Shown: one piece after another, positions 48,008-58,516 of the stretch | Position numbering within the stretch: the stretch's first letter is position 1 | Layout: every line of letters begins with the position of its first letter | Assembly: GCA_964386535.1 (NCBI GenBank) | Contig: CAYLRY010000011.1 | Span: 2,396 to 66,395 of the forward strand | DNA: 64,000 nucleotides | Direction: 5' to 3' | From: an uncultured Dehalococcoidales bacterium | GTDB taxonomy: Bacteria > Chloroflexota > Dehalococcoidia > Dehalococcoidales > UBA3254 | Made by a program: the position numbers and the translations under genes | Notes under the pieces: model-generated | The model's database searches: none | What the model saw: the letters and a program-made list of their open reading frames with translations, nothing else | Told to the model about the DNA's origin: nothing

Positions 48008-48249
48008 CCCTTGATTTCGCATCCGGTGAATCTGAGCGAGTCTGAATATGACCTAGAAAATAGCGTTTTTATCAGCAAGGCCGCCCCTTACATAAGGGAA
48101 GAGGGACGCCAGGAGACGGCCTTGCCGTCAGCGACCATTTTCATACTTCGTGGCGCTGGCGGCAAGCCGGAATGAACGATTTTCACCAGACCGCTGCAGA
48201 AACAAAATGCCCCTTAGAGACTATCTGACGACCCAATTGGTTGAAAAAT

Positions 48250-48285
48250 GGATCAGCCTGCTGGGCTGTAGCAGCAGGCTGATCC
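48250..48285 (-). terminator. rho-independent terminator of the MFS gene
   Basis: Minus-strand GGAUCAGCCUGCUG-8 nt-CAGCAGGCUGAUCC followed by AUUUUU. Confidence 0.7.
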
Positions 48286-48387
48286 AAGGAGGGTAGTGAA
48301 AATTGAGTTCTAAGTGTCTTTCCTCATCACTTACAAGATAAATTTAACACTCAGTGCAGAAGGTGTAAAGACTCGAATGTGAATGGT

Positions 48388-49599
48388 CTATGGGGTGACA
48401 ATTCGGACGCTGCCCAGTCCGGGTTTGAGCATAGGCAAGAGGAGGAAAATAGAAATGACGCCGGCTGCGGAAGCCATAATGAAGGACCAGGACAATGATC
48501 CGGTACCATCGGCCAGCCAACCGGCTATAACAGGTGAAGATAATAAGCCCAAACCTAAAAAAAACGTCCAGATGCCAATAATACTGCCGGCAGCCTGTTT
48601 AGAGAAAAAGTCCACGGCGCAAGCAGCATACAGGGACCAGCAAGCCCCGTATCCGGCGCCAAAGATCGCGGTAAAGAGTGATAAAGTCCAACCCCGGCTG
48701 AAGACTATACCCAGGCACCCTCCGGCGATCAGTAATGAGCAAACCAGCAATATCTTTATACGTCCGAACCGGTCCGATAACGGCCCCAGTAATAATTTGC
48801 CGGGCAGTCCTCCCATGCCAAGAATGATCACAAGTATGCCAGCGGAATCACTGGAATAAGCGAGCTCCTGGACGGCGTAGGTACTGAGAAAAGTAAAGGG
48901 TACCATCACAGCAAAGCCGGTAAGCAGATACGCCAGGCTGATAAACCAGAAACGTCTATCCTGAAAAAGTCCCTTATAGCTGAAAGCAGGCAGCTTAGGC
49001 TGTGAGCCGGATGGCACTCTAACCGGAGCAGATCGAGGCGCAGGAGAACCTCGTAAAAGAAAGAAATCTACCGCTGCTAAGGATAATCCCAGAATACCCA
49101 GACTCATCCAGCCCGTGCGCCATCCGCAACCGGCAACTATCAGCGGCACCACAGCTCCAGCCCCCATAACACCCAGAGAACTGCCGGCATCTACCAGCGC
49201 CAGGCTTAAACCCCGGCGTTTATTACTGGTCCATCTCTGGGCAATAGCCATGACCGGGGCCCAGCAGGCGGCACAGCCGATGCCTGCCAGGGTAAAAAAG
49301 AGGCTGGCCTGGAGCACAGTATCTGAATATTGCATCAAGAAGGCTCCCAGTCCCATCAAACCTACAAAAAAAGCCAGCAATATGTGTATATCGAAGCGGT
49401 CTGAAAGCAGCCCTAAAAGCGGAGAGAAAAGCGTATAGGCGATGAAATAAGAAGAATAGATAATGCCGGCCTGGGCTTTGGTGATGGAAAGAGATGGAAG
49501 CATTTCAGGCAACAGGGCACCATAGCTGTAGCGAATAGCATAAGCGGCAAAAACGGTACAAAAACAGGCGAACAAAACGAAAAAGGTGCGATTATTCAC
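48388..49599 (-). CDS. MFS transporter
   Basis: 403 aa with 12 predicted TM segments. GLLSDRFD-type loop motifs occur after TM2 and TM8. Confidence 0.85.
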   Translation of the reverse strand: MNNRTFFVLFACFCTVFAAYAIRYSYGALLPEMLPSLSITKAQAGIIYSSYFIAYTLFSPLLGLLSDRFDIHILLAFFVGLMGLGAFLMQYSDTVLQASLFFTLAGIGCAACWAPVMAIAQRWTSNKRRGLSLALVDAGSSLGVMGAGAVVPLIVAGCGWRTGWMSLGILGLSLAAVDFFLLRGSPAPRSAPVRVPSGSQPKLPAFSYKGLFQDRRFWFISLAYLLTGFAVMVPFTFLSTYAVQELAYSSDSAGILVIILGMGGLPGKLLLGPLSDRFGRIKILLVCSLLIAGGCLGIVFSRGWTLSLFTAIFGAGYGACWSLYAACAVDFFSKQAAGSIIGIWTFFLGLGLLSSPVIAGWLADGTGSLSWSFIMASAAGVISIFLLLPMLKPGLGSVRIVTP

Positions 49600-49690
49600 C
49601 GGTTGCCGGTTTTTCCTTGGCTGTATGCGATATCAAAAGGCAAACCTCATTAATTCAGAATCAATTAACTTAGCGATCCTGTTTGTGGTT

Positions 49691-49718
49691 ATTCTAACAT
49701 GTTAGTCTGTATTGTCAA
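49691..49718 (-). promoter_or_regulatory. sigma70-like promoter for the MFS gene
   Basis: Minus strand: TTGACA (49718-13), 16-nt spacer, TAGAAT (49696-91). Confidence 0.5.
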
Positions 49719-49730
49719 TATAGAAACGCC

Positions 49731-49867
49731 GGCCCAAATCCGCCATCAAACAAGGCTAATCAAGCTTATGTAAGTTCACTTGACTCAAAAGTCAATTCAG
49801 GCTCAAAATAGTTAACATAATTTATTGGTCGAGGCTAGGAAAAATTTTAGATGGCGGATCGAGGGCC
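49731..49867 (+). mobile_element. MITE-like element, longer divergent variant (copy 4)
   Basis: Left end GGCCCAAATCCGCCATCAAACAAGGCTAATCAAGC and right end TTTAGATGGCGGATCGAGGGCC. The ends share the inverted core ATCCGCCATC. Central hairpin TTGACT/AGTCAA. Confidence 0.6.
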
Positions 49868-49908
49868 GGGGGACACAAACAGGACGGGTTAAATAGGCGT
49901 ACAGGAAT

Positions 49909-49936
49909 TTGAAAAGGCGGGTCTTTTATGTATAAT
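49909..49936 (+). promoter_or_regulatory. sigma70-like promoter for the ppiC-hom unit
   Basis: TTGAAA, 16-nt spacer, TATAAT. Confidence 0.5.
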
Positions 49937-50005
49937 TAGAGATGAATTGCGCCATCTCAGATGGTCTCAAGACGCTAGCCTTAGAGCTAAAAAAGGGGGA
50001 ATAGT

Positions 50006-51298
50006 TTGCCAAAAAAGAGCATCGAAAAACCTCGACGAGAAATGACCAAACGCCAGCTTTCTCACTGGCAAAAGGAAAAGAGGATCCAGCGTATTGCATT
50101 GATAGGGGGCATAATAGTGGTAGCGGCGGTTTTAATACTGGTAGGTTCAGGCCTGTATATAAACCAGTTTAAACCGCTGCATGAAATAGTAATCAGGGTA
50201 GGTGATACCGAATATGACATGGACTATTATATCGATATGCTGGCCTATTTCGGGCTTACACAGGGTACTGAAAATATACAGTATATGACCGATTACGCCG
50301 CACAATATATTGAACAAAATAAAGTTACGGTAGATGCGGCTGCCCTTCTGGATCCACCTATCACGGTGAGTGAAGAAGAAATAGATGAGGTTATTAAGGA
50401 GCGGAAGCTAAGTAACAGCGCCAACCGCAGAGACCTTGTAAGGGCTGAATTGCTGGTAAATAAGCTCAGGACAGATAAATTCGATAAGGAATTACCACAG
50501 ACAGCAGAGCACAGGTCCTTACTAGCGATGTTCCTGGAAAGTGAAAGTCAGGCCAACGAGATAATTGCCAGAATTAACAAGGGCGATAAGTTCCAGGATA
50601 TGGCAGCAGAGCTTTCCCTTGAGAGTAATTCTAAGACCAAGAGCGGAGATTTCGGCTCAATACCTAAAGAAATTTTAACTATCACTTTAGGTGATTCCGT
50701 TTTGGCGGATAAAGTTTTCAGCGAGGGAATCAACACTTTTAAATGGGAAACAGTATATGACCCTAACCGCAGCAAAGCCCTGGGTTACTGGCTGCTGAAG
50801 ACAACGGAAACAAAAGAAGAGAACGGCGTTCCCAAAGTGCATCTTTTTGCCATGCTGCTGGAGAGTGAGGAAAAAGCCCTGCAAATTAAGGCTCAACTGG
50901 AAGGCGGCGCTGATTTTGCTGAACTGGCAAAAGCCAACTCAAAAGACAGCAGCGCCGTTGAAAATGGAGGCGACCAGGGTTTTGTTGGCAAAGGTGAAAA
51001 GAGCGTGGCAGTAAATGCCGTACTCTTCCCTGATGATGCAAGCCAGGCTCTGGCATTAAATACCATCAGCAAACCTATCAAAGATGAAAATCAAAACACT
51101 ACCGGCGGGTACTGGTTGTTTGAGGTGACTGCCATAGATGCTGATAAAACCATTGATACAGACCATCGTACTACCATTACAACTGAGTGGATAAATAACT
51201 GGATTTCTGAGGTTTGGGAAGCTAATAAAGAAAAGGTTGCCGAATTTTTAACCGACGAACAAAAAGCATTTGCAGTTGAAAAAGCCTTGGAGCGATAG
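50006..51298 (+). CDS. membrane-anchored parvulin-type peptidyl-prolyl isomerase (SurA/PrsA-like)
   Basis: TTG start after AAGGGGG. N-terminal TM anchor. Two parvulin-like segments (GDFGSIPK..., GGDQGFVGKG...). Confidence 0.7.
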   Translation: MPKKSIEKPRREMTKRQLSHWQKEKRIQRIALIGGIIVVAAVLILVGSGLYINQFKPLHEIVIRVGDTEYDMDYYIDMLAYFGLTQGTENIQYMTDYAAQYIEQNKVTVDAAALLDPPITVSEEEIDEVIKERKLSNSANRRDLVRAELLVNKLRTDKFDKELPQTAEHRSLLAMFLESESQANEIIARINKGDKFQDMAAELSLESNSKTKSGDFGSIPKEILTITLGDSVLADKVFSEGINTFKWETVYDPNRSKALGYWLLKTTETKEENGVPKVHLFAMLLESEEKALQIKAQLEGGADFAELAKANSKDSSAVENGGDQGFVGKGEKSVAVNAVLFPDDASQALALNTISKPIKDENQNTTGGYWLFEVTAIDADKTIDTDHRTTITTEWINNWISEVWEANKEKVAEFLTDEQKAFAVEKALER

Positions 51299-51317
51299 TT
51301 AGGCTTAGAGGATAAGC

Positions 51318-52619
51318 ATGGAAAAGAAAAAAATCGGGGTAGGATTGATGGGTCTGGGCGTCATCAGCGGACAGGTGGCCAGAGTCCTGAGAGATAAAGC
51401 CGGGTTACTGGCCGAACAGGCAGGCTGCCGGTTGGAACTCAAGAAGATCAAAGTACTGCCGCAGGACCTGGACCGTCCTTTAGCACGCGAGTTTCCCCGT
51501 GACCTGTTTACAACAGATGATGAAATATTTTTTAAAGAACCCGGAATAGATATCGTGGTTGAAGCTATCGGAGGGGAGCATCCGGCTTTCGAATACCATA
51601 AACGGGCGCTTTCTGCAGGAAAGTCCGTGGTCACCTCTAATAAGGAGCTGATATCCAAACATGGAGCAGAGCTTTTTGATCTGGCGCAAAAGAACCGTGT
51701 TAATGTTCGTTATGAAGCCAGCGTAGGAGGGGGAATCCCCCTGATAAGTCCGTTCATGTTTGATCTGGTAGCCAATAAGATAAACGGCATTTATGCCATC
51801 ATTAACGGCACTACCAACTATATTCTGACGCGTATGGCGAAAGAAGGGGCTGATTTTTCAACGGTATTGAAAAATGCCCAGGAACTAGGCTATGCTGAGG
51901 CCAATCCACGTGATGACGTTGAGGGAATTGACGCCACTTATAAACTGGCCATTCTTTCTTCCCTGGGATTTCATACCCGGGTGGGACCGGAGGATATTCA
52001 TCACGAAGGTATTTCCAGATTGAGCAGCCGGGATTTCCGGTACGCCCAGGAATTGGGTTTCGCAATCAAACTTTTAGCCATTGCCAAACAGGATGATCAA
52101 TGGGTTGAAGTACGTGTCCATCCGGTACTTATTTCAGAGGATTCTCTCCTGGCAAAAGTTGATGGGGTATATAATGCAATCCTGGTAGAGGGTGATCTGG
52201 TGGGGAAAGTAATTTTTTACGGCCGCGGCGCCGGACCGGATCCCACCAGCAGCGCGGTAATAGCAGATGTGGTATCCGTAGCCCAGGATATTATATTGGG
52301 CGCAGGCAGCCGCGTACACTGGGCGCCACAGCCTAAAACAATTAAACCCATGAGTGAACTCATTACCCGCTATTATATACGCATGAGCACGGCAGATCAG
52401 GCAGGTGTGTTGGCCCAGATAACCAGGGTGCTGGGCGAAAACAGTATCAGCATCTCGGCGGTTATTCAAAAAGAAACTAATATTTCCACTCAATCTGCTG
52501 AAATTGTGATAATGACTCATCCGGCTAATGAAGCTCTTATGCAAAAAGCTCTTAAAGAGATGGGAAAATTGAGCGTGGTAAAAGAAATCAGTAATTTTAT
52601 CAGGGTGGAAGACCTGTAA
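51318..52619 (+). CDS. hom: homoserine dehydrogenase
   Basis: 433 aa. NAD-binding N-terminus GLMGLGVISG, catalytic block NGTTNYILT and a C-terminal ACT domain. Confidence 0.9.
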   Translation: MEKKKIGVGLMGLGVISGQVARVLRDKAGLLAEQAGCRLELKKIKVLPQDLDRPLAREFPRDLFTTDDEIFFKEPGIDIVVEAIGGEHPAFEYHKRALSAGKSVVTSNKELISKHGAELFDLAQKNRVNVRYEASVGGGIPLISPFMFDLVANKINGIYAIINGTTNYILTRMAKEGADFSTVLKNAQELGYAEANPRDDVEGIDATYKLAILSSLGFHTRVGPEDIHHEGISRLSSRDFRYAQELGFAIKLLAIAKQDDQWVEVRVHPVLISEDSLLAKVDGVYNAILVEGDLVGKVIFYGRGAGPDPTSSAVIADVVSVAQDIILGAGSRVHWAPQPKTIKPMSELITRYYIRMSTADQAGVLAQITRVLGENSISISAVIQKETNISTQSAEIVIMTHPANEALMQKALKEMGKLSVVKEISNFIRVEDL

Positions 52620-52825
52620 ACCAATAATTAAAAATCAAATATTTCTTAATTGCAAAAAGGTATCAAAATCACATTTTATTCAAATTTTCAAAGCAATAGT
52701 TCCGAACAAAATGTTCAAATACCTCCTTTTTGCAATAAGTTCAAATCTGAAAAATTAAAAATAGAAAATCAAAATCAGAGATAAGCTGGGGTAGGTTTTC
52801 TGACCCTATCCGGCGGAGTAAAAAT

Positions 52826-53392
52826 TTGATAGACCAGGAAAAAATAAAAACTGCGGTAAAGATGCTTATCGAAGCTATCGGTGAAGATCCAAAACGAGAA
52901 GGCCTGGCTGAGACTCCTCGCAGGGTAGCAGAGATGTATGCCGAACTTTTTGCGGGGATTCAGCAGGATCCCAAAGAAGAATTGAAGGTGGGTTTCGAAG
53001 AGAGTCACCGGGAGATGGTTATAGTCAGAGACATTCCTTTTTATTCAATGTGCGAACATCATCTTTTACCGTTTTACGGTACGGCGCATGTAGGATACAT
53101 CCCGAATCAAAACGGCAGGGTGGTAGGCGCCAGTAAACTGGCTAGAGTGGTTGAAATTATCTCAAAACGTCCGCAATTACAGGAAAGGATGACGTCAGCG
53201 GTAGCCGATGCCGTAATGGAGGCAATTAAACCTACAGGTGTGGCTGTGGTGGTGCAGGCGGAGCATCTGTGTATGATCATGAGGGGTATAAAGAAGCCGG
53301 GCAGCGCTCTGGTAACCTCAGCCCTCCGGGGCACTTTCCGCAGCCGGCTGGATACACGTAATGAATTCTTCAGTCTTCTTCAGGGGAAATAA
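52826..53392 (+). CDS. folE: GTP cyclohydrolase I
   Basis: [35 protein letters not shown] and RPQLQERMT align with FolE throughout. TTG start. Confidence 0.9.
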   Translation: MIDQEKIKTAVKMLIEAIGEDPKREGLAETPRRVAEMYAELFAGIQQDPKEELKVGFEESHREMVIVRDIPFYSMCEHHLLPFYGTAHVGYIPNQNGRVVGASKLARVVEIISKRPQLQERMTSAVADAVMEAIKPTGVAVVVQAEHLCMIMRGIKKPGSALVTSALRGTFRSRLDTRNEFFSLLQGK

Positions 53393-53393
53393 C

Positions 53394-53618
53394 AAGCTTT
53401 CAACAGCCAGGCAATCCCTACGCAGTAACCTCAAAAGAAAAACCATATCATTCTCATTAGAACTATTAAAAAGTTATGTATAACTTATTTGTCTACAAGA
53501 GAAAACCGCCGGTAACTTAATAAGAATTGAGATGGTACTGGATTATAAATGCCGGACTTACTATTTCTTCACGGGAGATTTGTCGAAAATAAGCCAACTT
53601 ATCGGCTGTTGAAAGCTT
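53394..53618. repeat. 225-bp segment bounded by perfect 15-bp inverted repeats
   Basis: AAGCTTTCAACAGCC (53394-53408) and GGCTGTTGAAAGCTT (53604-53618). The interior is AT-rich. Confidence 0.6.
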
Positions 53619-53687
53619 ATGGTTAATCCTGGATATATTAAAATTAAGACTTACAGCAATAATGGTCTTAATATTAGGGAACAACTA

Positions 53688-53828
53688 ATCAGATGATGGG
53701 ATCGGGCGGGCTTCCTGCGTACTCATGGGTTGATCGCAACAAACAACTTCTCCCTGACCGGCTTTAGTGCACAGTACCTCAGTACCGCACTTTGCACAAC
53801 GATATCTTTTACCTAATTGATTAGCCAC
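53688..53828 (-). CDS. desulforedoxin-type small metal-binding protein (about 46 aa), not in the ORF track
   Basis: Own translation after AAAGGAGG, GTG start: (M)ANQLGKRYRCAKCGTEVLCTKAGQGEVVCCDQPMSTQEARP.... It has the CxxC...CC desulforedoxin pattern. The 3' coordinate is uncertain by a few nt. Confidence 0.6.
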
Positions 53829-53859
53829 TGTACTTTGCCTCCTTTTTAATTACGAATTT

Positions 53860-53979
53860 TTACTGTTTGAGCTCCGTGGGCTGACCGCAACACTTCATAG
53901 TGCCATTACCACCCTTGGTAACAATGAACTCGGCGCCGCATTTAGTACAGCGATATCTTTTACCAACCACATTTGCCAT
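53860..53979 (-). CDS. desulforedoxin-type small metal-binding protein (39 aa), not in the ORF track
   Basis: Own translation after GGAGG: MANVVGKRYRCTKCGAEFIVTKGGNGTMKCCGQPTELKQ. Same CxxC...CC pattern. Confidence 0.65.
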   Translation of the reverse strand: MANVVGKRYRCTKCGAEFIVTKGGNGTMKCCGQPTELKQ

Positions 53980-54250
53980 CTTTAGAGCCTCCTTATAAAT
54001 TAATTCTATAATCTATAATCTGCTTCTATCACGTCCTGACGTTAAGATAATTATAGGAATTATTAAGCATACTGTCAAAACACCATACGATGAATGACTG
54101 TAAAACCTTGGAGGGATTGCAGCATCTTAATCAGTCACTTTTATCCATATTCAGGATATGCAATCTGGTCAACGGACAGGAAGATGCACCAGCATTTTGA
54201 TACTAATGAGGGCTTTTGTGTGTGCTTGATGGCCAGGTAAACGCGTAGGT

Positions 54251-55024
54251 TTATTCAATTTCATCCCAGAGAACGTCCGGCAAATCAAAAACTGGTCCAT
54301 CCCGGCAGACCTGCTTTAGCCCCTGCCGCGTTTTTATGGTGCAGGCATAACAAAATCCTAGCCCGCAACCCATGCGTACTTCAAGTGACAGTTGCACAGG
54401 CAGAGCGTTAAGCTCTTTCCGGTATAGATCAACCATGGCTCTGTACATTGAAACAGGCCCGCAGGTATAGACACGTTCTGCCCAGTATAAATAAGGGGGG
54501 AAGAAAGTAGTAACCAGCCCTTTGACACCTAGGGTGCCATCCTCTGTAACGATAAAGGTCTCTATATTCTGAGGGATAAGGTTAAACGGGCAAATCAGGC
54601 CAGCAGTCTTCGCTCCTATCAGCAACTTAACCTGGTGACCGTTTTGAGAAGCTATTTGAGCTAAAAAAAGGAGAGGAGCAATCCCCATTCCTCCAGCGAT
54701 CAGGAGCAGACGACCGGGATGATAAGGAAGCTTAAAACCGTTACCAAGAGGTCCCAAAAGGTCTACAGTCTCTCCCACCTGCCGGCGGGCCAACCATCCT
54801 GTACCGGAGCCTACCACGGCAAAGAGGAAGGTTACTTCCTCAGCGGAAACACCGCAAACTGAGATAGGACGGCGCAGTAAATGCCCAAGCTCTCCATCAC
54901 AGGCTATCATGGCGAACTGTCCTGGTTTAGCTCCGGCAGCCAGTGCAGCAGATTTCACCTTCAATAAGTAGACTCCTGGCATAATCTGTTCAGAGGCTAC
55001 TACAGGAGAGTGTTCTTGAATCAC
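54251..55024 (-). CDS. pyrK: dihydroorotate dehydrogenase electron-transfer subunit
   Basis: 257 aa. FAD/NAD-binding barrel (RPISV) and a C-terminal 2Fe-2S motif CGLGFCYAC...C. It is the last gene of the pyr operon. Confidence 0.85.
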   Translation of the reverse strand: MIQEHSPVVASEQIMPGVYLLKVKSAALAAGAKPGQFAMIACDGELGHLLRRPISVCGVSAEEVTFLFAVVGSGTGWLARRQVGETVDLLGPLGNGFKLPYHPGRLLLIAGGMGIAPLLFLAQIASQNGHQVKLLIGAKTAGLICPFNLIPQNIETFIVTEDGTLGVKGLVTTFFPPYLYWAERVYTCGPVSMYRAMVDLYRKELNALPVQLSLEVRMGCGLGFCYACTIKTRQGLKQVCRDGPVFDLPDVLWDEIE

Positions 55025-55228
55025 TTTAAATACCTCTTGCCCGGAAGAGACCGGGGACTATTAATTCAAAATCTTAAACTTGAAATGGACACAGACCATA
55101 ATCCGTGAATTCACCACTTCTTCAGAGTGAAATAACTTTAATATTAACCCCTCCCTCCCATAGGCGAATCTATCTTTGTTATCAACTATTTGCATGGTCT
55201 GCGGATGATACCTCATTCCATGATGGTT

Positions 55229-58200
55229 TTATATTATTGCCACCCTGGGATTATCTTTATTCCTGTAAGATGAAACCGGCTGAATGCTGTACTTTTGATT
55301 TCCATTTAAGATAGCCTGCACAGCCGCACGGGCAGTATCCAGAGAGGTAAAGCACGGGATGCGTCTTTCAGCAGCAGTACGCCGTATTTGAAAACCATCC
55401 CGTAGAGGTATTCGGCCTCCAGTGATAGTATTAATTACGGCATTAACCATCCCACCGGCAACAACATCTACCACATTGGGATGGCCTTCATGTAATTTTT
55501 TGGTAGTCATGGTGACTTTAAGCCCTGCGGCTTCAATCATAGCTGCGGTGCCTTCAGTGGCATATAGTTTGTAGCCTAGACGGAACATGTTGCGAATTAT
55601 CGCCAGGGCTTCAGGTTTATCGCGATCGGCAACGCTGAGGAGAACGGCGCCAGAAGACGGCAGCATCAGACCGGCGGATATCAGGGCTTTGGCCAGTGCT
55701 GATTCAAAGGTGTAATCAATGCCCATGACCTCACCTGTGGATTTCATCTCAGGCCCCAGGTAAGTATCTACACCTGTTAATTTAGACATCGAAAAAACCG
55801 GTGCTTTAATGGCTATCAGCTTTTGTTTTGGCCATAGCCCGGTAAAATAGCCTTGTTTACGGAGACTGTATCCCAGCATCACACGGGTAGCCACTTTAAC
55901 CATGGGTACGCCGGTCACTTTGGAAATAAATGGAACTGTACGGCTGGCCCGTGAGTTGACTTCAAGAACATATACTGTTGATGGCAGACCATCCCGGCCC
56001 GGCATGACGATAAACTGGACATTCATCAAACCTTTAACGTTCAACCGCCGGCCAATGCGGATAGTAAAATCCACCAGAGTATCCACTTCAGCCTCGCTCA
56101 GATTGACACCGGGATAGACTGCCATGGCATCTCCACTGTGCACTCCGGCACGTTCGATATGTTCCATTACACCCGGAATGAGGACGTCTTCACCATCACA
56201 AATAGCATCCACCTCACACTCTTTTCCCTCGAGATACTTATCAATCAGGACAGGGTGTTTGGTATCGAGTTCTATTGCCAGAGACATATAACGCACCAGT
56301 TCTGTGGCATTGTGTACTATTTCCATAGCACGGCCGCCCAATACATAACTGGGACGGACCATAACCGGATAGCCGATAATCTTGGCGACATTAAGGGCGT
56401 CATCAATATTGGTAACACCTGAACCAGGCGGCTGGGGGATCCCCATTTTACTGAGGACTTCCTCAAAGCGACGGCGGTTCTCCGAAAGGTCGATGTTCTC
56501 AGCACTGGTACCCAACAGGGGTAAACCTGAGCGCGCCAGAGGGTCGGCCAGGTTGATAGCGGTTTGCCCGCCAAACTGAACGATAGAGGGAGTACGGTTA
56601 TGAATCAGGCCAGGGCTATCTTGAGGGCTTTCATTTTCCAGAATGTCTTTAAGACTTTCTTCATCCAACGCTTCAAAATATAGCCGATTGCTGGTATCGA
56701 AATCAGTAGAGACAGTCTCAGGGTTGGAATTGACCATAATACTTTTATAGCCGGATTGCCTTAATGCCCAGGATGAATGGACGCTGCAATAATCAAATTC
56801 AATTCCCTGGCCTATGCGTATGGGACCACTGCCAATAACCAATGCTTTGTCACCCTCCAGGACGGAGGCTTCATTCTCAGTTTCATAGGCGCTATAAAAA
56901 TAAGGTGTGGCAGCATCAAATTCAGCAGCACAGGTATCCACCATTTTATAAACAGGCTGGATATGCCATTGATGGCGAAGTTCTCGGACCTGTTCCGGCA
57001 GCCGGTCAGCCAGAGTTCCGATTTGGACATCGGAGAAACCCAGGCGTTTGGCCTCCCACATCAGTTCAGGGGTAAGCGTCTGAGAGAGAAGACGTTTCTC
57101 CATATTGATTATATTTAAAAATTTCCGGATGAACCACATATCAAAAGCAGTTTTGGCAGCAATAGCCTGCGGATCTATGCCTCGGCGCAGTGCAGCCATG
57201 ATGGCCCAAAGACGTAAATCATTAGGATACAGAGGATAAGTATTGATATCGCTCGTTAGCTCCCAGGTGGTATCCTCCCAGAGCAAAGAACGCTTACCGA
57301 ACTCCAGAGAGCGGACGGCTTTTTGCAAGGCGGCTTCGAAACAGCGGTCAATAGCCATGACTTCCCCTGTAGCTTTCATTTGAGTACCGATGACGCGGTC
57401 GCCGGAGGCGAACTTATCAAAGGGCCAGCGGGGTATTTTAACTACCACATAATCCAGCGCCGGTTCAAAAGCGGCGATAGTTTTACCGGTTACCTGGTTC
57501 TGTATTTCATCCAGACGCTTGCCTACAGCTATTTTGCCAGCCACGCGGGCAATAGGGTAACCAGTGGCTTTGCTGGCCAGGGCTGAACTGCGGCTGACAC
57601 GGGGATTGACCTCGATTACATAATATGGTGTGCGTCCATCCCGGTTTTGAGGGTTCGGATGAAGGGCATATTGGACATTGCAGCCGCCTTCGATGCCCAG
57701 GGCGCGGATGATATTAAGGCTGGCAGAGCGCAACATCTGGTATTCTTTATTTGTCAGGGTTTGAGATGGTGCCACTACTATGCTGTCTCCGGTGTGTACG
57801 CCCATGGGATCCAGGTTTTCCATATTGCATACAGTGATGCAGTTATCTGCGGCATCCCTCATTACTTCATATTCCAGCTCTTTCCAGCCTGCCACTGATT
57901 TTTCCAGCAGGACCTGGTGAATAAGAGAGGCGGCCAAACCCCGGTTGCAAATATCTTCCATCTCTTCCCAGGTGTTGGCGATACCGCCGCCAGTCCCACC
58001 CAGGGTATATGACGGACGGATGATTAGGGGCAATCCGATTCTTTTAGCAGATTCCCGGGCTTCATCCATATTATTGGCAATAGCGCTATCCAGTACCGGT
58101 TCCCCAATGCTTACCAGCAATTTTTTAAAAAGATCACGCTCTGAGGCATTTCGGATTGTCTCAATAGGTGTTCCCAGTACACGGACATTATATTTTTCCA

Positions 58201-58516
58201 GTACTCCGGCATCCGCCAGTTCGACTGCCAGATTGAGACCGGTCTGCCCGCCGAGTGTCGGCAGCAATCCGTCCGGGCGTTCATGTTCGATAATACGGCT
58301 GACTGAGTCCAAAGTCAGCGGCTCGATATATACAATATCAGCTACATCCTCATCTGTCATGATGGTGGCGGGATTGGAGTTGACCAGCACAGAAATAACG
58401 CCTTCTTCCCGCATAGCTTTACAGGCCTGGGTACCGGCATAATCAAACTCAGCCGCCTGGCCGATGATTATGGGACCGGACCCAATAATTAAGACTTTAT
58501 TCGGTTTATTTGGCAA
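55229..58516 (-). CDS. carB: carbamoyl-phosphate synthase large subunit
   Basis: 1095 aa. Duplicated ATP-grasp halves with canonical CarB sequence throughout. Confidence 0.97.
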   Translation of the reverse strand: MPNKPNKVLIIGSGPIIIGQAAEFDYAGTQACKAMREEGVISVLVNSNPATIMTDEDVADIVYIEPLTLDSVSRIIEHERPDGLLPTLGGQTGLNLAVELADAGVLEKYNVRVLGTPIETIRNASERDLFKKLLVSIGEPVLDSAIANNMDEARESAKRIGLPLIIRPSYTLGGTGGGIANTWEEMEDICNRGLAASLIHQVLLEKSVAGWKELEYEVMRDAADNCITVCNMENLDPMGVHTGDSIVVAPSQTLTNKEYQMLRSASLNIIRALGIEGGCNVQYALHPNPQNRDGRTPYYVIEVNPRVSRSSALASKATGYPIARVAGKIAVGKRLDEIQNQVTGKTIAAFEPALDYVVVKIPRWPFDKFASGDRVIGTQMKATGEVMAIDRCFEAALQKAVRSLEFGKRSLLWEDTTWELTSDINTYPLYPNDLRLWAIMAALRRGIDPQAIAAKTAFDMWFIRKFLNIINMEKRLLSQTLTPELMWEAKRLGFSDVQIGTLADRLPEQVRELRHQWHIQPVYKMVDTCAAEFDAATPYFYSAYETENEASVLEGDKALVIGSGPIRIGQGIEFDYCSVHSSWALRQSGYKSIMVNSNPETVSTDFDTSNRLYFEALDEESLKDILENESPQDSPGLIHNRTPSIVQFGGQTAINLADPLARSGLPLLGTSAENIDLSENRRRFEEVLSKMGIPQPPGSGVTNIDDALNVAKIIGYPVMVRPSYVLGGRAMEIVHNATELVRYMSLAIELDTKHPVLIDKYLEGKECEVDAICDGEDVLIPGVMEHIERAGVHSGDAMAVYPGVNLSEAEVDTLVDFTIRIGRRLNVKGLMNVQFIVMPGRDGLPSTVYVLEVNSRASRTVPFISKVTGVPMVKVATRVMLGYSLRKQGYFTGLWPKQKLIAIKAPVFSMSKLTGVDTYLGPEMKSTGEVMGIDYTFESALAKALISAGLMLPSSGAVLLSVADRDKPEALAIIRNMFRLGYKLYATEGTAAMIEAAGLKVTMTTKKLHEGHPNVVDVVAGGMVNAVINTITGGRIPLRDGFQIRRTAAERRIPCFTSLDTARAAVQAILNGNQKYSIQPVSSYRNKDNPRVAII

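Noticed and set aside
47957-48175. A 72-aa plus-strand ORF.
   Set aside because: It starts inside MITE copy 3 and runs through the degenerate copy. It has no SD and no domain.
52700-52760. GTTCAAATC motifs resembling a tRNA T-loop.
   Set aside because: No flanking T-stem, acceptor stem or anticodon arm can be drawn. The surrounding sequence is AT-rich low complexity.
52620-52825. Possible THF or preQ1-type riboswitch upstream of folE.
   Set aside because: I could not find the conserved cores of either class. Only an imperfect long hairpin is present (TTGCAAAAAGGTAT / ATACCTCCTTTTTGCAA). An Rfam scan would be needed to revisit this.
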